Positions 40,801-53,139 of a stretch of DNA of 64,000 nucleotides are shown in pieces. The position numbers were made by a program, and so were the translations under genes. Location of the stretch: assembly GCA_964187785.1 (NCBI GenBank), contig OZ076409.1:58964001-59028000 (forward strand), written 5' to 3'. The notes below the pieces were generated by a model that was given only the letters and a program-made list of their open reading frames with translations, was not told the origin of the DNA and made no database searches. Every line of letters begins with the position of its first letter. Within the stretch, counting starts at the first letter, position 1. This stretch comes from Amphiscolops sp. MND2022 (Eukaryota).

Positions 40801-42939
40801 CGCTTCCTGACTGCTATCAAAGTCACCCAAGTGCAATCTATCCATTGCGAACATGCATGCGCGACGCTTTTTGAACCCCGTGGGTGCAAGAGCACGTTTA
40901 TAGGCACTTTTAGAGGTTCAGACTTTGAACGCAGTGCGTCTCAAAACAGAACAACAAGTACACTGGTGACTGCCATAGTGGAAAAAGAACGCTTTTTCTG
41001 ACCGTACTACGATCGTAAGGCAAGAAACTACTTCAAACTCAGTGTCTCTCCTCCTACTCACCCCAAGGTCTACCCGTAGTCCCTATTTACATTTTGGCTA
41101 TCACTTGTGCTCTCCAGAAACATGGCAACATGAGTGACAAGCGGACATTTCAGACAATCTAACATCTGTAGCCAAGCAGGCTTCTCAAAAAATTAGTCTT
41201 CGCTGCTCAATTCATGCCTAAGGTGTACCTTGGTGCTCGGTACCACAGTTGCGTGAACCATGTCGATGTGAAAACACCGGACAAGAGATTGGCCCGGGGA
41301 GTACCCATACTCTCCCGAGAGAAGTCAACACCAAGCATGATGAAACACCTAGAGCTTCGAAGCTCTGAGAACTGCTTGGCCAGCGGCCGTGCTTTTAGAA
41401 CCCGAATGATTGCTCTGGAACTTGTTTTTAATGCCGAAGACTGTTTTCATGATCTATCATGCCTGATTTTTGACTTTTATTGGTTCTGCTCTATCATCGT
41501 TAGTGACATTGTCCCCTCTTGAGAAGTAGTTTGTTTCCATCTCTTGCATATACGCTGGTGCTTGTACTACCTAGACAATAACTTTAACTGGGCGTACATT
41601 GCGGACACAATAGATTGAATAGTTCCTCATTTTTAGTGATATTTTTGATTTTTTGAGGCCTGTTTCACCATTAGTGCTAGTTATTGTGCAGTTTCTGTTG
41701 GCCCTGAACTACGACACTTTTGCAAGACCAACGACACTTTTGCAAGACCACAGCTGTTACTTTCATTTTTCGCTTTTCAAGTGCTATCGTGCATTTTGTA
41801 AAACCTAACCTATCAGGTGGGCCCCTGGCCAGTGCCAAACCTGTTGTGATGAGTGCTTTTTATGCAGATGCAATAAGGTGCTAAAAATTTTGAAATTTTG
41901 GTGCGAAATTAAAAGTTTGAAATTGTTTTGAATATAAAGCTAAGTGTCTAAAGTTGCTAATATTTTTCCAGTGCAAGAACCCGTTGTTGGTGTGGAATCG
42001 AAGGAAGCCTGCTAGGCTGGCAAAAACTCATGTTTTTGGGCAATAACGTGTTTTTGGGCAATGACTTCCATGTAGATTCCTGACGTACCATGTTGCAACA
42101 GTATCACTGGATCACTGGATGGTGGCAACCAAGATGTGAACGTCCTCTCTCGTTTGTCGAGGACGACAAACTACGGCCCGGGGAGGATGTAACGTCAGGC
42201 AAAAGACGTTGCAGAAGTTTTTGAAAATTTCGATCAAAAATTCGAAATGTGCGACATCAAACAAGCACATTCAAGATGGCCGACCCAGCAGGTACGAAAA
42301 CCGTAGAGGAAGCAAAATAAAGGCAAAACACCACCAGAAGATCCCACCCAACCACCCAGGAACGAGAATGTCCGAGATGTCATCACCCAGAAGGCGTGAG
42401 AATCAGGAATTCTGCCACCTGACAGCAAAAAGACAGGGTTTTGGCAGAAAAGTGCCAAATGAGACCATTGTGCCCCGAAGATGAGGAATGATGCCAGAGG
42501 CTGGAAGCCGATGATCGCCACCGAAATGTAACTGTATACTTTATTGGGGCCTATCCCCACCTGTTTTGACTGTTTATAGCGTATTTGGATAATGTTTGAC
42601 CTACTAGGTCCTCATTTTAGTCCTTATTCACTCATATAATGTATTTCAGTTAGACACCTTTTTGGACCTCGGAAGTATGTAGGAGATAGCAGGAACGCAT
42701 TAGGAACCTAGGATACGTTTTTACAGGCTTGTGGGGCGTGTCCGGACTTTGAGAGTGCCGGCACGTCGCTTCGGAGCTCTAACTAGAGAAGCCTCCTTAG
42801 ACGTTAGAAAAGTCCCCCTTGGAGACCATTTTGGGATCAAAAACTAGTGTCTAGGTATGTAGTAAGACAACGGTCTCCTGTTTAAGCATCCTAGGCATTG
42901 TCCCTCTTCCTAGATGTGCGTCGCTAGCCGGTCGTTACA
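37804..42939 (+). mobile_element. Young non-autonomous two-LTR retroelement (LARD-like), family B
   Basis: 752-bp LTRs at 37804-38555 and 42188-42939 differing at about 6 positions; PBS at 38572; PPT GGGGAGGA before 42188; no ORF longer than ~100 aa in the 3.6 kb interior; ATT on both flanks. Confidence 0.93.
38572..38589 (+). other. Primer binding site, tRNA-Arg-like
   Basis: TGGCGACCACAGAGGGAT resembles the complement of a tRNA-Arg 3' end (recalled as TGGCGACCACGAAGGGAT); it lies 16 nt downstream of the 5' LTR. Confidence 0.6.
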
Positions 42940-43229
42940 ATTAAATTTTTGAATAATTCCCTTTGGGGTTGTGGAAATTGATCGCTTATAATTCACGTAT
43001 TCAAAAATCACGAGTGTAATGAATCACTATAAAAATGAAAAGTGAGAATTGTTGTATTCTAAGCCAATGGTATAAAACAGTGTTATAAAATAATCTCTTT
43101 GTACTCATATGTAGTATACTCAACAAAATCGTGAAATGGTTTGTTAAGGTTTCGGCGAGACCGCCTAAAATGTATCGCAGAATTCTCACCCTAAGCATCC
43201 CTCCGTCTGTATGTATCTGGATCACACAT

Positions 43230-43950
43230 TCTCAACTCTTGAAGGTGTTTGAAAATCGTTTTCGTATACAATTTTTTTACGAATAGACCAAAAATGTTCA
43301 ATAGGTCTCAGCTGGGGAATGTTGTGGATGATTGTTTTCACGTTTGACAAAATCGATGTTTTCCGAAGTTAACCAAGTTTGAATGTCAGTTGCGTAATGA
43401 GATGATGCCAATTCTGGCCAAAAGAGACAGTTATCACGAACGCCACACTGTGTATCAATTAATGGTAAGAGATTAGACTTGAGAATAGACTGGTGCGTTC
43501 TCTGTATATTTTTCTCCTTTTTCTAGCGCGTAAACACAACACACACCGTTGTTGGAAACTGCGCACTGTATCATCACTTTTGACTCAAATTTTCAGAAGG
43601 GTACATCTTGGTTTAACGATGTGTTTGCTCGAGATTTGATTATTAAAATCCTGCATTTGAAGGCATTTTTGATTCCAGAAATACTTCAAAAACTTTCGCC
43701 AGCCATTATCAGTGTGTTTTGAGTGCGTTTTCTGCCAAGTTTTTGATACGTTGGAGTTGATGATCTGGGGCATCATGATGCGGCGCTTTCTTGTTGTACT
43801 TGATATCCAGTTTTCTGAGGTGTCGGTCAATTGTCATGAACGAAACTTCATAAAATTTTTTCGACAATCGTTTCGAAGATTTCGCAGTTTCGTGGTTGAA
43901 TTCCATCTCAATTCAGACCTCATTTCTCACTGATAATTTCATATTGTGGC
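43230..43950 (-). pseudogene. Tc1-like DD37E transposase relic
   Basis: Minus strand gives LIMAGESF (decayed LIMDDESYF), KVMIQCAVSNNG, CLFWPELASSHYATDIQTWL...FVKRENN and PQLRPIEHFWS, matching the FWPDLAS.HY / P.LRPIE.FW signature. Confidence 0.8.
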
Positions 43951-45961
43951 CTCCTCTGCTCACATAACGTAAAAAGAGAATATCTTCATTGATTTGCACG
44001 AGTAAATTGTAAATGCAGGTCTTCGAAACCCCATTTTTAGTGCTTCTACTTTGCCTTTTTTCCTCATTGTTGGAGTTTTTCCATGAAATTCTTGTACAGT
44101 TTTTCTAGTCTCCTCTTCAGAGAATCGGTTGGGAAGATTTCTTTGGTAGAATGAGAGAGGAATAATCGCAGATTGATTCAATGCAGAATTGAAAGTTTTC
44201 CGGAGGCTAGTTTGTTCACAAACGAAGTGAAAAATCCTAATTTTGCTGTTACACACCATAGCATGTTAGACTAATGTATACCCAACCAAAAGAATTCTTC
44301 CACCTCTAAGTTTTTTGATCTGGAAAAGCCGAGTTTGAAGTCCCGAAGTCTTCGGCGCTGTCCCATATTGTTAAACTTTGCGAACTTTTTTCTTGATTTT
44401 TTTCCGGTATTTCCAAATCATGGAGAACAGATGTTTTTAGCGGTTTTTCCCAGTTGGTGTTTCCGATTATCCGGTTAGAATAACATTTTCCAGTTATTTT
44501 AGTTGTTCGAAATATTTCCCTCTCTATCGTAGATGTTCCAAATAACTGTTATATTACTATCCAATTGTGCCGTTCACCATAATCGAAAAATTGTTCGAAC
44601 AGGGGGTTATTATTTAGCAAGAGATGTCTAACGTCTGAAATATTGCGGAAACTTTGAAACAGAGAAGTTGCTGCATTGGGTGGGAATAAAGTCAATGCAA
44701 AATTTTACGGACCGTTCTATTTGGGGATTGATTTTATACTGAAATACGAGCCCCAAATTTTGTATTTTCCGGTGGATTCACTGAGTATAATGGAAATATC
44801 AGGCCAGGTTGTTAATAAACTATGTGGTATATTTATGCAGGCCCTGATGGTAATGAGCACTTATGGTAATGACAAAAGTAAATGATGAAAAACCAACACA
44901 TAAAGGAACCAGGAAGAATTTCCTTGATTTTCAATCGACACAATAGAAACAGATATCTTAAGATGTAACAAGCAATCATTACGTCTTAATACGCTGGTTT
45001 CTATTGAAGAAGGAAGGTTTTGAATATCTATTAGATTCTGGCTGTTATCTTGATTGAACGTATTCTATTTGTGGTCATTTGTTTGTAAGAGGTTCGAGAA
45101 AATGGTTGAAAAATCTTTTGATAAGCAGGAATACACTTCCCGTGTTTGTTAAGACACAACATAATTAGCTAGCAGTACTATTTGTTTCCTGCGTAATATG
45201 TGATTTTAAAAAGTAAGAAGGTTTCCAAAAATACTTTGTTAAAAACTGGAATAGCCGCTTCCGACAAACTTTGCATAAAAAGGCCAAAAACAGGAAGCAA
45301 ATATCTTTTGCCACTTCTTATCTCTGGGAACTTTGTTTTTGAAAAGCTCAAAATTTTTGAGCAAAACCCATGACATTAAACAAAAACCCATCACAAAATT
45401 TCAACGCAATTCAACACTTTTTGCTCTCTTCATACAATTATTTCGACTAGAATTTAGCATTTAAAACTAGAATCAGCTGGGAATCAGAAGTTTATCTCCT
45501 ACAGTAAACCTAAATTGGTGTTACATGCTTTGCCTCGAAACGTACATGGTTCGCGAGTAGTGAAATTGATAAAGCATAAACAAGTGTACAGAGTGCTGAC
45601 AAATTATGTTCAATTTCATTTTTCTTGTTTTGAGTTTTCTAGTGATGATTTTTCTAGTCATCTGGATTTCTGTGTCATTGAACCTCATGGAATTTGTGAG
45701 TAACGAAATTGACTACGGTAAAATTTGTTACGAAAAAGCGGCTACCCGATCAAGTTCCCATCGATGGAAAAAGGGCAGAAATATATATTTTCAAATCTGC
45801 ATCTGCCGAATTTTCCCGTTCCAAAGCCAATCCCAGAAAAAAAAGGTCAAATAACTCAATATATGCTGATTTTCTTAGGTTGGGCACCTTGGCAAAGTAG
45901 AGTTGTAGAATTTCAATTGCACTCTGTTTTATATGTACTAACTTTTTCAAATAATTTGTAG

Positions 45962-46097
45962 ACGACGGTGATGGCGACTTGTCTGACTATGAGCATCCTA
46001 GCTGTGGACAGGTACATGGCTCTCGTGTACCCCCTGAAATTTCTGCAGTTGAGACTGCCCAAGACTGCAATCGTCGTCAATTTCCTTGTGTGGGCAG
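45962..46097 (+). CDS. GPCR exon (TM3 DRY, ICL2, TM4 start)
   Basis: ttgtag acceptor, gtacgt donor; TTVMATCLTMSILAVDRYMALVYPLKFLQLRLPKTAIVVNFLVWA; phase 0 in, matching the previous exon, and phase 1 out. Confidence 0.93.
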
Positions 46098-46850
46098 GTA
46101 CGTTATTTCGTCATCATTCAGAATTTAATCATCTTTTCATATCTTGATCAATCACATAACTGCGCAAACTGCAATCAATTGAACATTATTAATAAACTAT
46201 TCCAAATCCTGGTCTTTGTTGCAAGATGAGTCGAATAATGGGGAAAATGTCAGTCATGGATCGCAACATACCGACCGATGATACTTTTTATGTCTGCCAT
46301 TTTCAAAAAATTCCACAACTTTTCTCAGAATCATCTCGTGCTTGAAAATATAACATCTCAGAAATCCATTGCGATAGATATGTTTTGCAGAAACTTAGGC
46401 TGAATGCTTCATTTTTTGAACCTTATTTCTGAAAAATATACAATAGTGGAAGAAAAGAACTGAACCCTTATTTGTAAGAAATGATTTGTACTGCATGTAA
46501 ACAGAGCTAGCATTTTACATGGTGATTTCGTTCATTCTCTATTTTACCCATAATATTAGGGGACTGGAAGGACAAATTGAATGTCTAAGATAATGGGTAC
46601 AATCGCCTTAATTAGCAGATTCTCTCGATATTAATTGTATCGGTTAAAAATTTAAAACCGAAAACATAATCCCCACTCTTTGTGAAAAATAGCTGTGTCT
46701 AGCGTATTAAGATAGTAAATGAAATGAAATAATAGAAAACCACCTTGGAAAAGTATATAATACCAATTACCTTGATGTAAAGTAGTTGAATTTCCTCAGT
46801 AAACAAAGAAGTACCTGCCAAATAAACAAAAGTTCCAAATTAGGTGCCAA

Positions 46851-47501
46851 CCCAGGTTGACCATCATGGCTAATTCATGGATATTCATCTATGATCATGG
46901 ATTTTTCAACACATTACATACTTATTCATGGAAAAACATCGATGATCCATGTCAGAGTGAGGCTTCATAGATTTTCTTCCATGATTGTCATCCATGATTC
47001 ATCCATGATTTGCGATGTTGAAAAACTCGTTCAAATGTTCGAATTAGGCAAAATTTTTTGTGCGCGTCGGTTCTCATAAAACTGAGGTTTATTTGACTTG
47101 TTTGTTTCGAAAGATGTCAAACCCCATGATATCCGCTTAATTTGTGCTCTTCTAGGCGTTTTCATCATTTTTGAGGGTATTTTCGTAATTTATCAATCCA
47201 AAAACTAGATTTTATGGTATTATTTTTTAAATAAGTCATCTAATCTGGTGTATCCAGTTCAACGTCCAGTTCAAAAACTGGGACTTCGCATTAATTTGCA
47301 TCGATGATCATCCTCGGCGTCAGGGATTAAATCCATGAATCATGGGTTTCCATCCATGAAGCATGGGTTTCCATCCATGAATCATCCATGAATCATGGAT
47401 ATCTTTCCAAGATCATGGAATGATTCATGACATGCCGATCCATGAATCATGGATGAATCATGGATGAATATCCATGAATTAGCCATGATGGTTAACCTGG
47501 G
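46851..47501. mobile_element. MITE with ~39-bp TIRs (CCCAGGTT.ACCATCATGGCTAATTCATGGATATTCATC), 2-bp TSD AA and CATGAAT/CATGGAT repeats
   Basis: TIRs visible at both ends; a related partial copy lies at ~34160-34313. Confidence 0.88.
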
Positions 47502-47803
47502 AAATTATACAAAATTGCCCAAAATGATGTCCCGTATGCCAATTCAGTAAATACAATCAATGAAAAATGAAACTAGGAAGGTTTTTCATTATTTGTAAAC
47601 CTACATTTCAAGTGCCCAACAAAACTCTAGAATGTTTGGATGATAGCAGAAATCAGAGCTAGTTTTGTTTTGGTCCAATTCTTTATTTACAAATAAAAGT
47701 TCGTTCGGTTAATTTCTCACACTATTGTATATTTGTCCGTCAAAATGCAAAAGTCAAAAGGCACAGAAATAACACAAACTTCAATTTCTCCAGGTTGTCA
47801 GTT

Positions 47804-48170
47804 CCTCTTTGTTGAGATTTTTGTCAGAATAAAAGTTAAACTCAAAAGGAAAGAGAATGAAACCAATGAAAAGAAAAATTGATAAAATAAAAACTTGACC
47901 AACCGAGACGAGATTGACGGAGATGCGTATTTGCATAATTATGATATCTGTCTTGGATCCCTTTCAAAACAGGATCTCCAAATATCTTTTCTCAGACCCT
48001 TTTAAGGAGAAACTTTTAAGGAGAATCTATCAATTTGAATTTTGTCAAAGAATATCATCTCGTCACCTTACTCTCACATTATCACCTAGTCAAATCTTCC
48101 GGTTTTTTTAAAAAAAGCGAAGTTGATAAGTTGTCTGCAGTATGTCAACAGATTTCATCATTAGAATTCT
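47804..48170. repeat. ~370-bp direct repeat of 50680-51048
   Basis: Both start CCTCTTTGTTGAGATTTTTGTCAGAATAAAAG and stay highly similar to CAGATTTCATCATTA. Confidence 0.85.
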
Positions 48171-49397
48171 AACTCTTGCCAACGAAAGATGATGAAATAT
48201 CATCTTCCTTGACTGATTCAGTTAATTTTCACTAAGGTGTAGGTTCAACCTGGTCATCGAGTCTATATCGAAGGAATTTAAGGTGTCTCTCGAGACAAAA
48301 TATGAGATACGGAATAACCCACTTGAGACAAAATAGACACCTTTCAAACTATTCAGTTGTTTCCCAGGCCATGTTGATGCAAATTGGGTCTTCCATTTCG
48401 AGCAATAAATCTTTGCACGAAATGCCATATGCTGTCAAGTGGAAATAGTTTGAAGGAAATATGGTCTTCAATGTTTTATGATCGAGGTTTCCAAAGGCTT
48501 GCTTGATCAAAAACTGATGTTACTGAAAAAATTAATTACCTAAATTGCTACAACAAACTTCCATTGAAAACTCTCTTCCCTAAAACATGTCTCGGTGGGT
48601 AGGTGTCAAAAAGACATATTACCGAACAATAATAAAAATATCGGTTTTGCATTAAAAATCGATCATCGACACTGCTAGAAGAAGCAAGTTGAGAGCAATC
48701 GATAACCAGTTTTTAAATGCCTTGCCAAGATGCTGGCAAGATCTAGCCAAGGTCTTGGAATAATCTTGGCTTTTTCCATCAGAAGCATGCTTATATTGAT
48801 AAGATTTTACCATGACAAGTTCGAGACATGCGTGTTCCTGAGAAAAATCTTTTTAACAGGGCCAAGATCGCACCAACTAAATAATCAAATCACCACAAAA
48901 AATACAAAACTGATAACTATGAAAACAAAATTGGAATTTAAAATTTAAAAAAATGAAAATTAGTTCTTTTGAAAACAAAGTTTCTTTGCAAACTCTGCTT
49001 GCAAATCCTATGCAATTCCATGTACGGAACCATTTGATTGCATATATACTACAATATCATGCCGTTTCTGTGCATGGAACTTCAGCATCACAAAGTTGAA
49101 ACCCAAAAAAAATGGAAAAGGCAAGATTTTCATTGAAGATGTCGGACACGGTTTTGTACTTCAAACGCCTTGTATTCAAGTGGAATGAGGCCTAAAATTG
49201 CTATTCCGTGGCATAAGGCCTGAACTCGCTGATAAAAACACTGGAACAAGATCTCAAACTGGTTAAGAACAGTGGAACAAGGTTTAGAATAACCGGTCAA
49301 AATGCTGGAAAAAGACCTGAAGTCACTGGTTATTTATCTTGATTTAACTGTTATCTACCTTTTTTAGTTAAAAGGATTAAATTTTGCGTAATTTTAG

Positions 49398-49489
49398 TTT
49401 CGATGCTGGTCTCTGTACCCGTGTTTGTTGCGACATGGCCTCTACCCACAGAAGAGAACCCCGATTGCGACTGGGATACAACTCCAAAG
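49398..49489 (+). CDS. GPCR exon (TM4 end, ECL2 with conserved Cys)
   Basis: attttag acceptor, gtttga donor; (V)SMLVSVPVFVATWPLPTEENPDCDWDTTPK; phases 1 in and 0 out fit the neighbouring exons. Confidence 0.85.
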
Positions 49490-50041
49490 GTTTGAAAATG
49501 AAAAAATCGTTAGATTGGAGAGACACCTAACTTAGCCTAGTTTAGAGAAACAAAGCATATTCGAACTCAGACTTCTACCAGGATTGGAAAGAAGCCTACG
49601 CATTTGACACCAAGCAATCGATTGCTTGATGATCATCAAATTCGTAAATGTCAAAACGGAATATGACCGAATCTATTAATAGAATGACTAAATATTCCAA
49701 AAAAGCTTGACTTTCCCAACTGCAGTGTTGTTTTACAGTCGAAAACTTTGGCAAAAATTACAATGAATGACAGTAAAACTGCAGTGGATCGCATCAAACT
49801 TTTGCAAAGACTACTAAATTCAGTAAGTGCGGATGATGAATGATTTTTTTATTCCATTTCGACACGTAGATTTTGGACGGAAAATAGTTCTGCCCAACCC
49901 TGAATTTCAATAAGAACAATATTACAAAAAATCTGGTATTTGCTATTTTTCTTTGCAATAAAATTATTGATAATATATCTATCGAAAGGTTGTAATCAAG
50001 TATTTTGTTAATATTAAAATTTGACATTATAATTTTTGAAG

Positions 50042-50198
50042 GTAACGTTCTACTTGTACCTGGCTTTCTTCTCCCTGTCTTTTGTGGTCCCAATGGCCGT
50101 GATCTCGCTCTGTTACGGGAGGATCGCCATAAAGATGCTCAGTAGCCAACCAAATCAGCGCAACAATAACGACAACAATGACTATCCCCAACTGCACA
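50042..50198 (+). CDS. GPCR exon (TM5, ICL3 start)
   Basis: ttttgaag acceptor, gttagt donor; VTFYLYLAFFSLSFVVPMAVISLCYGRIAIKMLSSQPNQ (F..P..I..CY..I motif). Confidence 0.88.
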
Positions 50199-50679
50199 GT
50201 TAGTCAGACAATCTGCGCAATTCTTTACCATCTCAAACTGTCCCCACCCTCTGTCAATGATATCCAAAAATTCATTTTTTGGAAGTTCAAAAAATTTGAT
50301 CTTTTTTAAACTCATGCAGCCTTTTTCAAAACTAAAACTTATGTATTCTAAGAGTTTTCTAATAAAAACACAGTTTAAAAGTACTCTGAATTTTGTATGT
50401 ATGATTTGTACTATGTTTGTTACAAACTATAGTGTATCTCTCTACAAAATATAATGGCAGTACAAATGTCTTTTTAATTCAAGATTGTTGGTAAACAACT
50501 TGCTAAGTATGCACCGAAACTCGGTAAGGTTCATTCGGGATCAACCGTATTACAAGGACTTTTTTAGAAATGCTTCGAGTTCTCATAATTACAGAAGTTA
50601 CTTCTAGGGCGTTAAAGTCTGTGTTTTAAATTCTATCTTCGATGCAAAAAAAATTATAGTGTTGACTTTTATAGTATCA

Positions 50680-51048
50680 CCTCTTTGTTGAGATTTTTGT
50701 CAGAATAAAAGTTAAACTCAAAAGGAAAGAGAATAAAACCAATGAAAAGAAAAAATGATGAAATAAAAACTTGACCAAACGAGACGAGATTGCCGGAGAC
50801 GCGTATTTGCATAATTATGATATTTGTCTTGGATCCCCTTGTAAACAGGATCTCCAAACATCTTTTCTCAGACCCTTTTAAGGAGAAACTTTTAAGGAGA
50901 ATCTATCAATTTGAATTTTGTCAAAGAAAATCTCGTTACCTTACTCTCACATTATATCACCTAGTCAAATCTTCTGGCTATTTTTTTAAAGAGCGAAGTT
51001 TATAAGTTGTCTTCAGTATGTCAACAGATTTCATCATTAAATTCTGAA
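50680..51048. repeat. Direct repeat copy of 47804-48170
   Basis: See 47804-48170. Confidence 0.85.
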
Positions 51049-51769
51049 CCTAGTGAGAAAACCCTCTGAGTGTGAAATTTTTTACTGGAACATGGACTAT
51101 TTGTGGAAACCTTGGTAAGAATCTTCACAAGATTCTTTTCGAGAGGGGCAAAAATTATAATGATCCTGCAAGGCCTTGCCAAGATTTTCGAAGGAAAAGC
51201 TAACAATAAAAACCCATCCCAACAGTAAGATTTTTAGTTTTCCAGTAGCTTTAACTATTTGTTGAGAATAGCCCAACTGCAGCTCAATTAAACCCTTGGG
51301 CATGCAGGCCGAGTATCTCCATACATTTTTATTTACTCCGAAGAATTAACTACGAATCAACCTAATCGCAGACGGTGGGGGTAAGTGTGACAAGGAAATC
51401 AAGGTCTTCATAACTTTGCAATCTTGCCCTCTTTCGAGTTTGTCTCACAACTCTTTAGCTGTTTTAGGGGGTCTTTTCACAGGTGAAAAGAAGCGGTTTG
51501 AAAATTAATTAATACACATCAAATAAATGAGGCGAATAAAAGCCACGAACACAATTCCACAACCACGAATAAAAGAATGAATAATAAGATAACACCGATC
51601 ATAGCGAAGAATAGTACGGGTTATATGAGGAGGCATATAACACAAGGAAACAAAAAACAGGGGTTTCAACAAGGTTTGGTTGTGTATCCGTGAGGATGCG
51701 AGTGATATCCAAAATATGGAAAGAAGTAACTCGCAGCAAAATCTCTATCGGTCTTGGAGTGGGAGCAAA

Positions 51770-52053
51770 TCCGTGTATTCTAGAGCCACTTAACCCGTTC
51801 CGTGTATTAGAAGGACACTTAACCTTTTCCGTGTAATCTAGGGCCACTTAACCCGTTCAGTGTCTTAGAAGGCCACTTAACCTTTTCCGTGTATTCTAAG
51901 GCCACAGCTTGTTCCGTGAATTCTGATGCCATTTAGCCTGTTCCGTGTATTAGAGGGCCACTTAACCTTTTCCGTGTATTCTAAGGCCGAGCCTGTTCCA
52001 TGAATTCTGATGCCATTTAGCCTGTTCCGCGTATTAGAGTGCCACTTAACCCG
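51770..52053. repeat. ~29-bp minisatellite, about 10 units (TTCCGTGTATTAGAAGGCCACTTAACCYK)
   Basis: Contiguous tandem units with alternating variants. Confidence 0.9.
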
Positions 52054-53139
52054 TATTACATGTGATACGACAGAGCAGCTGTCAACCCTGCTACCGGGTC
52101 GAAATTCGTACTAGGGTATGGCGGAGTAGCAACAACTCTGGCAGCTTCATGTTGTTAGGCTGAGGGCACTGGCTAAACGGCCAATCGAAGTAAATCCGCA
52201 GTTTCGATAATCCGGTGCCTGATCCGGTATGCTATGGGACGCAAAGAACTACACCGTTCTCTTGATTTCAACTCACTTTGTGTGTGGCAAAAACTGCGCA
52301 CACTTCGGCCAAAGTTACTTTTTCAGCGGTTTAGTCATTTCATTATTCTTTTTTTGCCATCTTTCTTTTTTTGTCAGAAGTACACGTTCTCATCCTGACC
52401 TGGTTCCACCTTCTTGTCAATCATGACTAGTGGTTTTACTTCGTTTTCAATAGAATTTAAAGGGAGTTATCACTGACTCAATTTTTTCCCCTTTTGCAAC
52501 CACGACTTCAACTTCAGTTCTTTGATTGACATTTGCGTTTTTTGTCAGGTCACTTTTTCTCACACGACTCCTGAGAACACTCTTCAGCAGAATATGGCTG
52601 AAGGAAAAACGTTCTCAACAATTTACAATGACCTAAATGGCGAGTTTAATTCACATTACATTCCAAAAAGTCAATTTTTGAGATTCACATTCGAAAAGCA
52701 AAAACTAAATTATCAGATTACGGGGGCTAGAATCAAGTATATCATTCAACAGTACTTTTAAAGGGCTACAAAGGTACACTCATAATCAACATTGTTTGTT
52801 GACTCCTTCATGGTGAAAAACGCCCTTGAAATTTGGTAGTCAAAAATGACATATCCTAATTTGGGAAAAGCTCAATTTTAGAAGGCTCGAACTCTTGAAA
52901 GACACAGCGTGGGGGATTTTATACATCGGTAGCCCAAGCCATTAGAAGTATTTGGCGCTTTAGATGAGGTCTCTGTTTTGTTTGAACAAAATTTGGTAGC
53001 ACTTTTTTCTGGAAACTACCGTTTTTCGAATTTTGATGACCTGACCTTCAACTTCAGAGGTCAATATCTCAAAACGAGGTCATTTTCCGGATACACGCTG
53101 CCACTAAACGCTACAAGCTAGACTCTTGTGCGTCAAGCC

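Larger units (their letters stand above)
37698..44656 (-). mobile_element. Degenerate Tc1/mariner (DD37E-like) transposon hosting the family B LTR element
   Basis: Transposase relic at 43230-43950; weak candidate TIRs at ~37698 (CGGTACACCCGCAATTTTTTGAATGTGGACA) and ~44620-44656. Confidence 0.45.

Noticed and set aside
51770..52053. CRISPR-like ~29-bp repeats
   Set aside because: Units are contiguous with no unique spacers, the context is eukaryotic, and there are no cas genes.
52155..52195. Possible hammerhead ribozyme (CTGAGG..stem..CGAAG)
   Set aside because: The core deviates from CUGANGA/GAAA and the flanking stems were not found.
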